NCBI GenBank assembly: GCA_000388065.2
Contig: KB932205.1
Source: Fonticula alba ATCC 38817
Lineage: Eukaryota; Protista; Nucleariida
Length of the DNA stretch: 57,986 nucleotides
Reading direction: 5' to 3' (one strand)
Positions 14,178 to 24,802 of this stretch are shown piece by piece. The notes below the pieces were generated by a model, which was not told the origin of the DNA, ran no database searches, and saw only the letters and a list, made by a program, of their open reading frames with translations. Both the position numbers and the translations under genes were made by a program. Position 1 is the first letter of the stretch. The number at the start of each line of letters is the position of its first letter.

Positions 14178-14521
14178 AAGGGCGCATACACACCAGCATG
14201 CGGTCCTCTCTCCTCCCCGTCTCCCCCACACCGGGGGGCGGGGCGGGGCGGAGGGGGGGACCGGCTCCGGGTAAGACACCCATACAATACACCCTACCAG
14301 CTTCCAACTATCCCAAGCATTGGCACCTCGCTGGGGCTGGTTTTTGTCCCACCCCGATGCGTACCTGGCTACAGCCGCATGAGATCCAGTCAGCCTCCCT
14401 CTCCCTGCCCCCCCCCCCACCACCACCACCACCACCACCCACCCTTTCCTCGCCTGTCTGCTGCTACCACTCCCCACCCTCTCCTCCCTCTTTCCAGGGC
14501 GCACACGCACACACGCACGCA

Positions 14522-15739
14522 ATGCAATCACAAAGACAGGGGCCGCCCCCGCAACTAAAGGGCCCGCCCTCGCATGTGCACATGCAGCAGGCCCAGCAAC
14601 AGCACTACCTGATCAGCGCGCCCGACGTCAACATGCACACTCAGGCGACCGGGCGCGGGCAGTTTGAGCGCCGCGGATCCAACGCTCCGCCCTTCGGGCG
14701 GCCGGGCAACATCGACGTGCCCATCATGGCCGATGCCCCTGGCGAGGAGAGGCCCAGGGCCACTCTTAATGTTGACGGCCCGGCTTTGTCGCAGATTGCC
14801 TGGAGCAACAAGGGCCGATTCCTGGCCGGGGCTTTTTCCGCGCCGGTCTTCCTGCCAAAGGAGGCCGCCATTGCCCGAGTGTGGGACGTACGTCACTTTC
14901 CCTGGTCCATGGTCTTGCCCCTGTCCGGCTACTGATGACACCTGTGCATGCTGGCCTGGCCCTCGCCGGCCTTCTCTGCGCCGCTCGCTCTCTCGCCACC
15001 CCTTCAGGTGAAACCTGGCATCTACCGGGACTTGTTGATCCCGCTGCAGGACGTCCCCGACCGGAGCCAGCTTCTGTCCACGCAAATCGCCTGGGAGATG
15101 AAGCGCGCCAATTACCTGGTCATCCTGGTGCCCTCGTCGCACTTTCTCTACTTTTGGCACTCCATTGGTACGCGCCTCTCCCGAGGCGCAACTCGGCTGG
15201 TCCTGTCCCCGTTGCCCCGGCCTCCTGGCTAACATGTGCTTTCCCCCGCTTGCTTGGCCCTGTACAGACTTCCGGTCGCGAGACATCGCCCTGCCCACGG
15301 CCACGGTGGATTTGAGTCGAATCTTGCCGGCAGGAACGCCACGGCCGGAGCTGCTCCAATGGTCCTACAATGGGGACATGCTGGCGGTCTCGGCTGGGAC
15401 CAATGTCTTCCTCTTTGATGCGCGCGGTGATTGGTCGGCTCCCTGCGCGGCGCACACCTTCGACGCGCCCATTCGCGCGCTCTGCTGGTCGCCGGAGTGC
15501 GACCGCCTGTATGTGACCCTGGCCCCGGCTAGCCTGGTGGCTCTGCAGGTCCAGTGCCCCGGGTCGGCGGAGGCCGGCAGCGGCATGCCCAAGCCCACCT
15601 TCCACGGGACCCCCCTCCGAACAATCGCCGACCACTCGAGCCTCGGCCTCTTGGATTATGACTTCTGCACCAAGTGCGCCCGGCAACTGCTCGGTCCCTC
15701 TGGCAGAGCAGTTGGTCCCCAGCATCTCCCTTGTCCCTT

Positions 15740-15825
<86 letters not shown>

Positions 15826-16516
15826 GCGCGCCCGCATGCCCTTCTGACTTTGTCCCCTTTTCCCACCTCCCCCCGAAGTACCCTCGTCACTGGCGGCGCC
15901 TCTTCGGTCCTCACCTTCTGGTGTGCGCAGACGCTCATGCCTATTGAGACTCTCTGCCCGGTTGAGTACGTCCTCCGTGCCTCCCCTGCCCCTTTGTGGC
16001 ATGCTCGCCTGCTTATTTATCATGCCACGCCCCCACAACCGCACACGGAACTCGGAAACCGCGCTCGCCTCGCCCCTGCTCCTCTCGCCCCCTGTCTCAG
16101 TGAACCCATTGTGGCGGCCAAATTTTGCCGCATTTCCCGGCTCCGCTCGTGCCTCATCATTCAGACTCTCTCGGGGAGGGTGATTTTCGTGCGTGGCCCC
16201 GTGTTTAGACATCCCCCCCCCCCATCTCGATTGCTCAGACTCATCCCATGCCATCCTCCCCCTGCGTCCCCCTCTCGACATCCAGCTCAAGCGCATGCCG
16301 AATGGCCTTCTCCAGCCGGATCGGGTGTATACCGCCTCCACTGTGATCGACCCCCCGGGTCAGAGCGTGACCCTGCCCAGCGTCCCGGTGTGCAGCTTCT
16401 CGGCCAGGGCTCGCCATGACGAGACCAACTTCTCCTCCCTTGTCAATGTCTCGTACCTGCTTCCTGGCGAGTCCACCGCTGTGGCTGACATTGTCATCCC
16501 GCCGGACACCCTGTGA
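14522..16516 (+). CDS. WD40 beta-propeller protein, probably a divergent THOC3/Tex1 (TREX complex)
   Basis: Spliced repeats LSQIAWSNKGRFLAG, QIAWEMKRANYLV, LQWSYNGDMLAVS, HTFDAPIRALCWSPECDRLYVT and LRTIADHSSLGLLDYDFCT|NTLVTGGASSVLTFWCAQTLMPIETLCPV|DEPIVAAKF follow THOC3 blade order and spacing as I recall it. Last-exon frame uncertain. AATAAA at 16671. Confidence 0.6.
15741..15830. repeat. (CA)~41 followed by (CG)n, intronic
   Basis: Long perfect CA tract joined to CGCGCGC in an intron of the WD40 gene. Confidence 0.95.
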
Positions 16517-17759
16517 GCGGAATGTGGGGCTGATGTGCTCCCCATGCAGGCCCATGCCAACACATATTCACAAATGCATCGCCACCTCACACGCACATGC
16601 GCACCTCCTCCATGCCCCCCGCACACACATACACACACATACACACACATGTAAAGGTAGAGGGCGGGCAAATAAAAAGGAATTGTGGGCTTGCCATTTG
16701 GCATGTGTGATCCATGTGATATGTTATTCTCGGACAGCAGATCGGTGCCAAAAGGGAACAACAGAACCGGTGCGTCGGGAAAGGCACGCCCCGGTCTGTG
16801 ACTGGAGCGCGGGCCCGAGGGCTATCTGGCGGCGGAGAAAACGCGCGGGTACTTCAACTTCCTGGAGGAGGACCGGCACGCACCGTCGCGATGGGAGGGG
16901 GGCGTCGGCCGCTTCAAACGCGCATAGTAGCACGACCAAAGCCCGGGGAAACGGCGGGGCCGCCCAGACAGCAGAATACCCGGTCTCGAGGAGTAGGAGG
17001 GCTGTAACCGCGCGAAGGCGCGCGGGCAGCACGGCGACATGGCATCCGAGAAGAAGTAGTATGTCGGACTCTCTCCCCGACGGGTGCCTCTGGCCTTTCC
17101 GCCCCCTTCCCCGAAGACCAGCCAGGAAGACGCAGAAGAATACAGGGACAAGAAGGCAAGGCACCCACCCCCCACACCCCCGCGCCCCGCCAAGGGAAAA
17201 GACCGCGCCCGATGATTGCTCCAAGGAAACAAACATGCGTCGAAATCGGACAGACCCCCACACTCTCGCCTGCCCCCCTCTCCTCTCTCCCCCCACCGCG
17301 GAAAACAGGCCGGGGTCCCACCTTGCCGAGCAGCATAGGAGAGGGGCGCACACGGCCTGCAGGAAACACAAAAGAGGCAAAGGGCAAGAGGATGGAGAAA
17401 CTACTGATGATTGGATGATGGCATTGGGGGCGAGACTCGTGTGCGCGCAGCGGGTGGTGTGTGTGGCGGCAATTATTGGAGGCAGCCGCCCCATCCGCCC
17501 GCCGGTGCCCCGCGCGCTGCCGCCACACCGGCCGCCACACAGCGGCCGGCATATGCATGGCTATGCTGCCACTGCCACCAAGGGGCGAGCACACCCACGG
17601 CCGAGGGTCGTCATCGTCTCACTCGGGCGCCGGAACGGGCAGCCGAGGGGGAGAACGGCGGTCAGGGTGGCTCGGGAAATGGCAGTGGCGACGGCAGCGG
17701 CGGCGCAGCGCAACGACCGCAGCAGCAGCAGCAACAGCAGCAGCTGATGGTGAGGACAT

Positions 17760-19117
17760 TTAGTCGGAGCTGCTCTTGGTGGCACCGCCAAGCTCGAAGG
17801 ACTTGCAGCGCTTCAGGGAGAACTGGAAGCGGTGGCTGCAGTCGGAGCACTCAAGGCGGAGGGTGATCTTACGGGTGACCTTAGCCTTCTTGTGGAAGAT
17901 AGGCTTGGTCTGACCACCGAAACCGGCCTGCTTGGCGCGGTAGCGGCGCTCACCTGGGGGAGAGAGGGAGGGGGGGAGAAAGCACAAGAGAACAGAGGGA
18001 GACCGGGAGGGAGCGCGAGAAGGAGGGGGGGCGGAGAGCAGCACAGGGTCAGGGTCAGCGGGGAAAGGTGGGGCTGGAAAAGGCGATAGATGCCCCCCCT
18101 CGGCTGGGGGAGCCACAGGGAGGGGGAAGAAGTCATCACGGAAGAGATACGAGAGAGGGCGCAAAAAAAGGACAAAAGCACTTGCCCCGGGGCGCGTCTC
18201 GCTCACGCGCAGCAGCGACGGCACAGACGGGCGCAGCGAACGACACACGGAGAGAAGGAGAGGGCGCGCGCGAGAAGAAGGAGGAAGGTCACTACGCACC
18301 CTGAGCGAAGAAACGGCGCTTGCCAGCACGGTACTGGGTGACACGGTGCTGGGTGTGCTTGCGGCACTTGGAGGAGGCGCAGAAAGAGCGGCGAGTCTTG
18401 GGGAAGTTCACCTGTGTGGCGGGGAGGGGGAGGAAGAGCGCGAAAGAAAGGCAGAGGAGGGAGTCAGCACGCAGCAAAGGACGGAATGGGCGCAGGGGCG
18501 CACATGTGAGAAGGAGGAAAAGAGGGAATGGAAGAGGTCCGTCCCCGCCCCCGCGCCCCTCTATCTGGCAGGGGTCGACACAGCGGATGACCGGGTCATC
18601 CCCCCGCCGTCGCAGCCACAGAGGGAGGGATCCGCCCTCTGTCCGTCTCCTCCTCGCCGCCAGATCACTCTCAGCCTGGGTGTGTCGCGCGCGCGCGCGT
18701 CAGCAGTCTACCGGCACGCCAGGAAGCGAAAGAAGGGCCGATAGATTGCACATGCGGGGGGCTCGGCATCGGATGCGGAAATTGAAAACCGCATCCGATG
18801 AACACGCGTGAGACGTGGCATGCGGGGATCCACGCGCGGCGCTCGCCCCTCCCGCCGGTCTGGAAGCAGGAGACACCGCCGGCGAAGGGACGGCCTCCCG
18901 CCGGGCAAGAGCGCGACAGCAAGGGCGAGGAGGGACAGGCGGCCGACACCAAGACAGAGAGGGCGAGGACGGGGGAGGGGGGACGACAGCATGGCACAGG
19001 ACACGCGCGCGGGGGCTGACGGCGAGGCGAAGCGGGGGGGAGGGGCAAAGAGGAGGCAGGAAGAAACAAGAGAGGCGCGAGGAGCAGGAGAAGGAGAGGG
19101 GGGAGGCTACGGACCAT
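17760..19117 (-). CDS. RPL36A: 60S ribosomal protein eL42 (RPL36A/L44); join(19115..19117,18300..18411,17760..17953)
   Basis: M|[11 protein letters not shown]...[12 protein letters not shown]...AQG|[34 protein letters not shown]...[10 protein letters not shown]. The ATG-only first exon is inferred from the only ATG|GT site upstream (703-nt intron 18412-19114). Confidence 0.95.
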
Positions 19118-19164
19118 TGTTACAGACTGTCCCGGGAGATGTGTCAAACAAAAGAGTCACAGCC

Positions 19165-19174
19165 GAGAAAGAGG
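19165..19174 (-). promoter_or_regulatory. Pyrimidine-rich (5'TOP-like) putative transcription start of RPL36A
   Basis: Minus strand CCTCTTTCTC about 50 nt upstream of the inferred ATG; TSS not demonstrated. Confidence 0.3.
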
Positions 19175-19553
19175 CGGGACCCTAGGTAGGGTGCGACCAC
19201 GGGGCGGGCCCTCTTCATCGTGGCGCACCCCGGGCCGTGGTGGGCTCCCCCCCCCCTCGCCTGGGCGCCGTCGTCCTTGGCGCGGGACCCCCTCACCCGG
19301 AGGGGGCGGGCGCCCCGGGAGGAGAGAGCCACGCACCGCGCACAACATGCGCGCGGGCACATGCAGGCGTAGGCGCCCTCGGGCGCGCGCTGGAGCGCGG
19401 GGGGGAAAGTCGTGACAACCATCTGAAGGCCTTGTCCGCCCCCCCCCCCCCCCCCCCCACCCTCTGGCCGCCCTGATGGGGGGAAACACGTCTCCCGGCG
19501 TGCCTGACACACACCCACCCGCACACATACACCCGGGGAGACCTGCGGGCGCC

Positions 19554-19589
<36 letters not shown>

Positions 19590-21385
19590 CGCAGGGGAGA
19601 CCTCCGAGACAGGAGCGAAGGATGCCCAGGACACGGTGCCCTTGCCACAGCCACAACGTGGGCAGTCGCACACCACCACGGCTGCCGGGCATGACAGCGG
19701 GTCGCACACGGGAGGAAAGCCAGGGCAGGAGCGCGTCCGGCCAGGTCCCGGCTGCGCGCCTCTCCACACGCCCGCCCCTGGCCACTCCCCGCCCGCCTGC
19801 CCGGTGGGGAGAGACATCCCTGAGCGTCCTCGCCGGCACTGCCCAAAACAAGGCACCGCCCTCCCCCCCCCCGTGCATCGCGGGAGCGTGAGCAAGGGCA
19901 CGGAGAACCCCCGCCCTCGCCCTCGCCCCCCCCCCCCCCCTTCCCCCCTTCGGGCCGGGAGAACGCCCTCGATCCAGGCGCCCGTTACACCGAGCCCCAG
20001 GACGGGAGCCGCCCGGCGGGGGAAAAGGGGGCGCGGCTCCCGCCAAAGAGCGCGCGCCGAGGGGACACACGGGAACAACCAAACCTTGAAGGCCCTCGGC
20101 ACAGAGACCCATCACCCCACAATAGCGCCCGGACACTCCCCGAGGAACGGCGAGGCGGGCGGAGGGGCGTCACGACGGCGCCGGGCATGGCTGCGTCGGC
20201 AGCGAGCGGCCCGGGGAGGGGAAAAGTGGGTGCGAACAGCTGACGCGCGAGCCTGGTGACTGTATCGTTGGCATAGGGCTGGAACCCCAACCCTAGATGG
20301 GGACGCGTCCCGGGTTGGTACCAACGCTCATGTCGAGTAGGAGGGGCAGCCGGACATGATGTTAATTGATGATATCCAGAAGCCTGGGAGGCGGTCATGG
20401 GTGAGTTAACGACGAGCCGGCAGGCCCCTCGATCTCGATGAGCAGTAGGCATTTCCGAGATCTCATCACGGCGTGGGGCCCGTGTGTCGCTCGCCGTCCG
20501 GCCTTTCCCACCAAGCGCCTTCCTCTGGGCCTCATCCCCTTGCACGCGCACACATCAAAAAAAGACCCTGCCAGGGACAAGACCACTCGCTATTTGGCAA
20601 AAGGAGGACAACCAGCATCACCGAACCCGAGGAGAGAGAGAGGGAGAGAGAGAGAGAGGGAGAGAGAGAGTGATCGCCCGGAAAAGGGAGGACAAACTCC
20701 CGCCCTGAGCCAGACGCCATACATCTGTCTCTGGCGAAACACGGCCCTCCTCCCGTGTGCCGCGGGGACAAACCCGGCCGGAGGAGTACATCGGAGAGGA
20801 AGAGGAGGCGCGCAGCAGACTGCGCGACATTTCACCTGCGCCCCGCGCGCGCCCCGCACTGTGGACTACACACGCCGATGAGAGACGCTACGAAGACAGC
20901 CGCGGAGGGGGCAAGGCAAATAGCCTCCTTTCAGGCAAACGAGGGGAAGTCTCCTCTCCTCCGGACAAAGCACACACACACACACACACAACGGGCCATA
21001 GCCCCTCCTCCCGCCCCGCCCCCCCAACAACCTCGGCTACTCGCCCCCCCTCCCCGACCGCCGCGCGTTGCCCGACGACGCGTCTGCACCTTCTCCCTCC
21101 CCTGGCCGGCGCGCACACGGCGACGACGGGGAGAGACCGAGGCGAAGGAGGAGGGAGGAGCCAAAAACCGCCAGCGGCAAGACAGGGGCGCGCGAGAGGG
21201 GCACGAAGATGGGCAGAGACAGAGTGAGGAGGAGAAGAACAGAAAGGGAAGTCCATCCACGCCTTGTGCGGTTGCTGCTCTCTCGTGGAACAAGAGGGTC
21301 TCCTGCTCGAGGAAATGCGCGCGCGCAGGCGTTTATTGAGTATGAATCCAAGAGAGAAAGCTGGAGGAGTGTCGTAGGCACGCAT

Positions 21386-22505
21386 TTAGGCACCACGGCG
21401 CTGCTGGACAAGGATGGCGGACATCTCGTCGACCTTGCGCTTGGCGCGGACGAGGGTACCGAGCTGGAGGGGCGCGCGGAGGGAAAGAGAAGTTAGGAGA
21501 CGACAGAAAAGACGATAGATACCCCCCTCAGCCGGAAACGAGGGGGGAGAGAGAGAGAGAGAGAGCGAGAGCGAGGGAACTGGGCCATGCTCAGGGGTAC
21601 GCACGCGCTTCTTGGTGAGGCGGCGGGCACGCTTGTCCTTGCCGACGCGCAGAAGCTCGATAATGCGCTTCTCGTAGGGGGCAAGACCGGCGACCTCACG
21701 GATGAGCTCACGGACGTGCTTCACGCGCTTGGAGACGACCTGCGCGCAAGGGGAAGGAGAGGGGGGAAGAAAATTAGCGAACCGCCTAGCGAGAGAGAGA
21801 GAGAGAGACCGCCTGAGGAGGAGAAGGTGAAGAACATGTGCGAGCGCGCGCGCGCGCGCGTGGGGACCCCATTAGAGCGCAGATTCCCCTCCCAACCGGC
21901 CGCCACCACACACAGCCAACCAGCCAGAAGGAGAACGAGAGGCATCGGATGCAGCATGCATCCGCACGCCAGAGCCCAGGCGGTCTACAGACGGGCACAC
22001 ACTGGCGTCGCTCTCCTTCGGCCCGGCCCTCGCGCGTTCAGACGCGCCGCCTCGCGCCGGCCCCGATGCAGGCGCGAGCGTCCCGTATGCGTGCGCGCGA
22101 GACAGCAGCGCATTCCCTCCCCGCCCTCCCTCCCGCGACCACGGGCGTCCAGGCGGCGTGGCTGCAGGAGAGGGCGGATGCCATGGGGAGCGCGCGCGCG
22201 CGCGCGAGCATACATCCAATCGGGGAAGCGGGCAAAGGCGCGGTCGTGTGGGGCGGCGTGCGGTCGTGTGGCCATGTGCAGGGAGGGCACTAGGGAGGGG
22301 GGGGTGCAGCGTATGGAGGGGGGCGTGGCGCGCACGCGCGCGCGCGCGTGCATGGCGACAAGGCGAAAGACAACAGAAGGGGCGGGAGAGGCGGAAGGAG
22401 GAGACGTACACCCTTGCGCTGGACGGGGCGGGTGGGGAGCTCGCGGACGGTGACGATGTGACCGGCGTTGATGCCAAGAGACTTGCCAGAGAAAGACTTG
22501 GTCAT
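21386..22505 (-). CDS. RPL36: 60S ribosomal protein eL36; join(22410..22505,21605..21739,21386..21463)
   Basis: GINAGHIVT...RPVQRKG|VVSKRVKHVRELIREVAGLAPYEKRIIELLRVGKDKRARRLTKKR|LGTLVRAKRKVDEMS. Introns 21740-22409 and 21464-21604. Confidence 0.97.
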
Positions 22506-23885
22506 TGTGACAACAATTAGAGCAAATGTGATTTGAGGACAAAACAAAGGCACTAACTGAGAGAACCACCCCTGCGGACGGGGGAGAGCACCTGGGTGGC
22601 ACTTCGGTCGCCTTGTCGTGCCTGTGCCCTCCCGCCCTTGCGCGCGTGCGCGAGTCCATACGTGCAAGGACGCGCCCGCGCTTGCGGCATCCCTCCCCCT
22701 CCCTCCCCGGGAACCGGCAGGGGTCGGGAAGGCCCCGCGCCCGCGCCCGCCCCCGCCCCCGCCCCCGCCCCACGCCCCGCGCCCCTCCCCCCCCCCTCTC
22801 CGGTCCTGTCCCGCTGGCGGGGGCGAGGGGCGGGGGGAGAGGGAACACGCACCCCCACCAGTACATGCTCACAACCAGGCGGGCACACAGCGCACTGGCC
22901 CGCCACTCGGGCGGGGTCCCCCCGGGGAGCCCCCGGCTGGCTCTCCGTCCGGCCTTTTGGCGCCCGGCCGCCTCGGCTCCCCCATACACACCTACCGACA
23001 CATTCCCCCTCCCAGGACGCTGGGAATTTGCCCACATGCACCGTGCGCGGCAGAGGAACGACGAGAAAGAGTGCGGCACAACGCGCAAGCAAAGGATCCC
23101 GGCGCGGGCGAAAGTCCAACGAGCCGACGTGGCTCCCCCCCCCCCCCCGCCCCCCCCAGACCCAGACGGAGAGGGCCCGCCAGGCCAAGACACGAGCGTG
23201 TGCCAACGCTCCCATCTGAGTTCAGCCAACAGGGGCGGCAGGCCGGCTTCCTGCGGGATTGACCTGCGGGAGATTCTTCTGTACAGGGCCACTTTCGTAG
23301 CGACCGGCATTGTCGCTGGTTTTACATCCACGCACATATACCACGCCTTATTTTATATATGCCTTTTCCGGTCTTGCCGCATGCTTTTCTCCGCCCGCCG
23401 TTTGCTCGAGCACACAGATCGAGGGTTGCAACCCTCATAGGGTTGCCCCGCACTCCAGAACCATATTACACACACGTGACCACCTACATTCTGGAGATGT
23501 TCTATATTCCTGGAGAGCAGGTTTCTTGTTTTCTGGAGGTCTGTAAAGGCCACTCCCCTCCATGCGCGGGGGGGGCACGCATCCCCTGGGGAGGAGGGGG
23601 CGGGAAAAAAAAAAGATGGCAGGCGGGCAGGCGCCCCACCACGGCGAGGAGCGTGCATGCGCATTATCGAAAGAGAGAGAGAGAGAGGGAAAGGGAGAAG
23701 TAAGGGGAGAGGAGGGGCAGGGGCGTCTTGCCGCGTATCTATATGGAATGGTTGCTCCGTCTCCCCGCCGGCTGGTTCTTCTTCCGCCCCGCCACACAGG
23801 GGGAGAGCTGGGACCCCGGTGGCATGTCCACTGTGTGATGGACCGGTGCCCCTCGCCCTCCGCCCTCGCCCATGTGAGAGGGGCT

Positions 23886-24766
23886 TCACTTGTCCAGCAG
23901 GGTGGGGCTCGCCGCATCTCCGGACGTCAGCTCCGCCACTGGCGACGAGCTCGACGCATGAGGCAGGTGAGCATACCCCTTGGGGGCCGGGAGGTGCCGC
24001 TTCGGCACCGCATCCCGGGAGGCCAGCTCCTCCGGCGTCGGCAGGTACGCCGGCAGGCGCGGATCCATCGGGTCCATGCCCAGCAGCAGCCCCGGGTTCA
24101 GATGCTCCTCGCCGTCGCTGTCCACATGCGCCAGACCCAGCAGCTGGGTGGGCTCCAGCGGCAGGCCCAGAGTGTCGGCAATGAGCATGCGGTCCGCCAC
24201 CGGGTCCGACAGAGCCTTCATTTGTTCCTCCCGACGGAGGGCACGCGCGGCCGCGTGCGCCAACTTGGACGGGCTCGGCGGCCGGACCATCACCAAAGGC
24301 AGGCCATTCTGATCGAAGCCATCGGCCAGGTACAGGCGAGACGAGGACCGCGGCCGCGGCGATAGCAGCCCCGCCTGTGCCAGGGAATTCACCAGCCCAC
24401 ACATGTTTGCCGTGGGGATGTGCTCCGGGCGCATCATTGGGTGGATGTGGTTCTCCTCCAGGAAGGGCAGGGGGTCCTCGGCCAGGATCCTGTTGTGTCA
24501 CCGGGGAGGGGGAGGGGGTAATTTCGGTGGGTCAGCATGTTGCGCTGCTACAGCCGGCCAGCCGGCGAGAGGACAAAGAGGAGGGACGCGAGGCAGGCGC
24601 GCGAACGCACTTGACAGTGTTTCGGATGGCCTTCCGGCGCTGGTTGTACACCGTATTGAGCAGGGACTCCAGCAGGTCGAAATCCACTGTCACGCGCAGG
24701 GGGGCAGAGTGGGCGGGGTTAATCTGCTGGTCAGCGGGGTGGGGAGGGGCGCGTGATTGTAGCGCA

Positions 24767-24802
<36 letters not shown>

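Noticed and set aside
14193-14497. Upstream coding exon for the WD40 gene using GTAAG at 14271 and TTTCCAG at 14497
   Set aside because: Donor and acceptor phases are incompatible; at most a 5' UTR intron.
20284-20295. CCCCAACCCTAG as a possible telomerase RNA template
   Set aside because: Does not match the 1.5-repeat CTAACCCTAA expected for TTAGGG telomeres.
23270-23375. ACAGAAGAATC (minus) and GCCTTTTCC (plus) as possible U6/U5 snRNA signatures
   Set aside because: They differ from the invariant ACAGAGAAGAUUAG and GCCUUUUAC; no Sm site or supporting structure seen.
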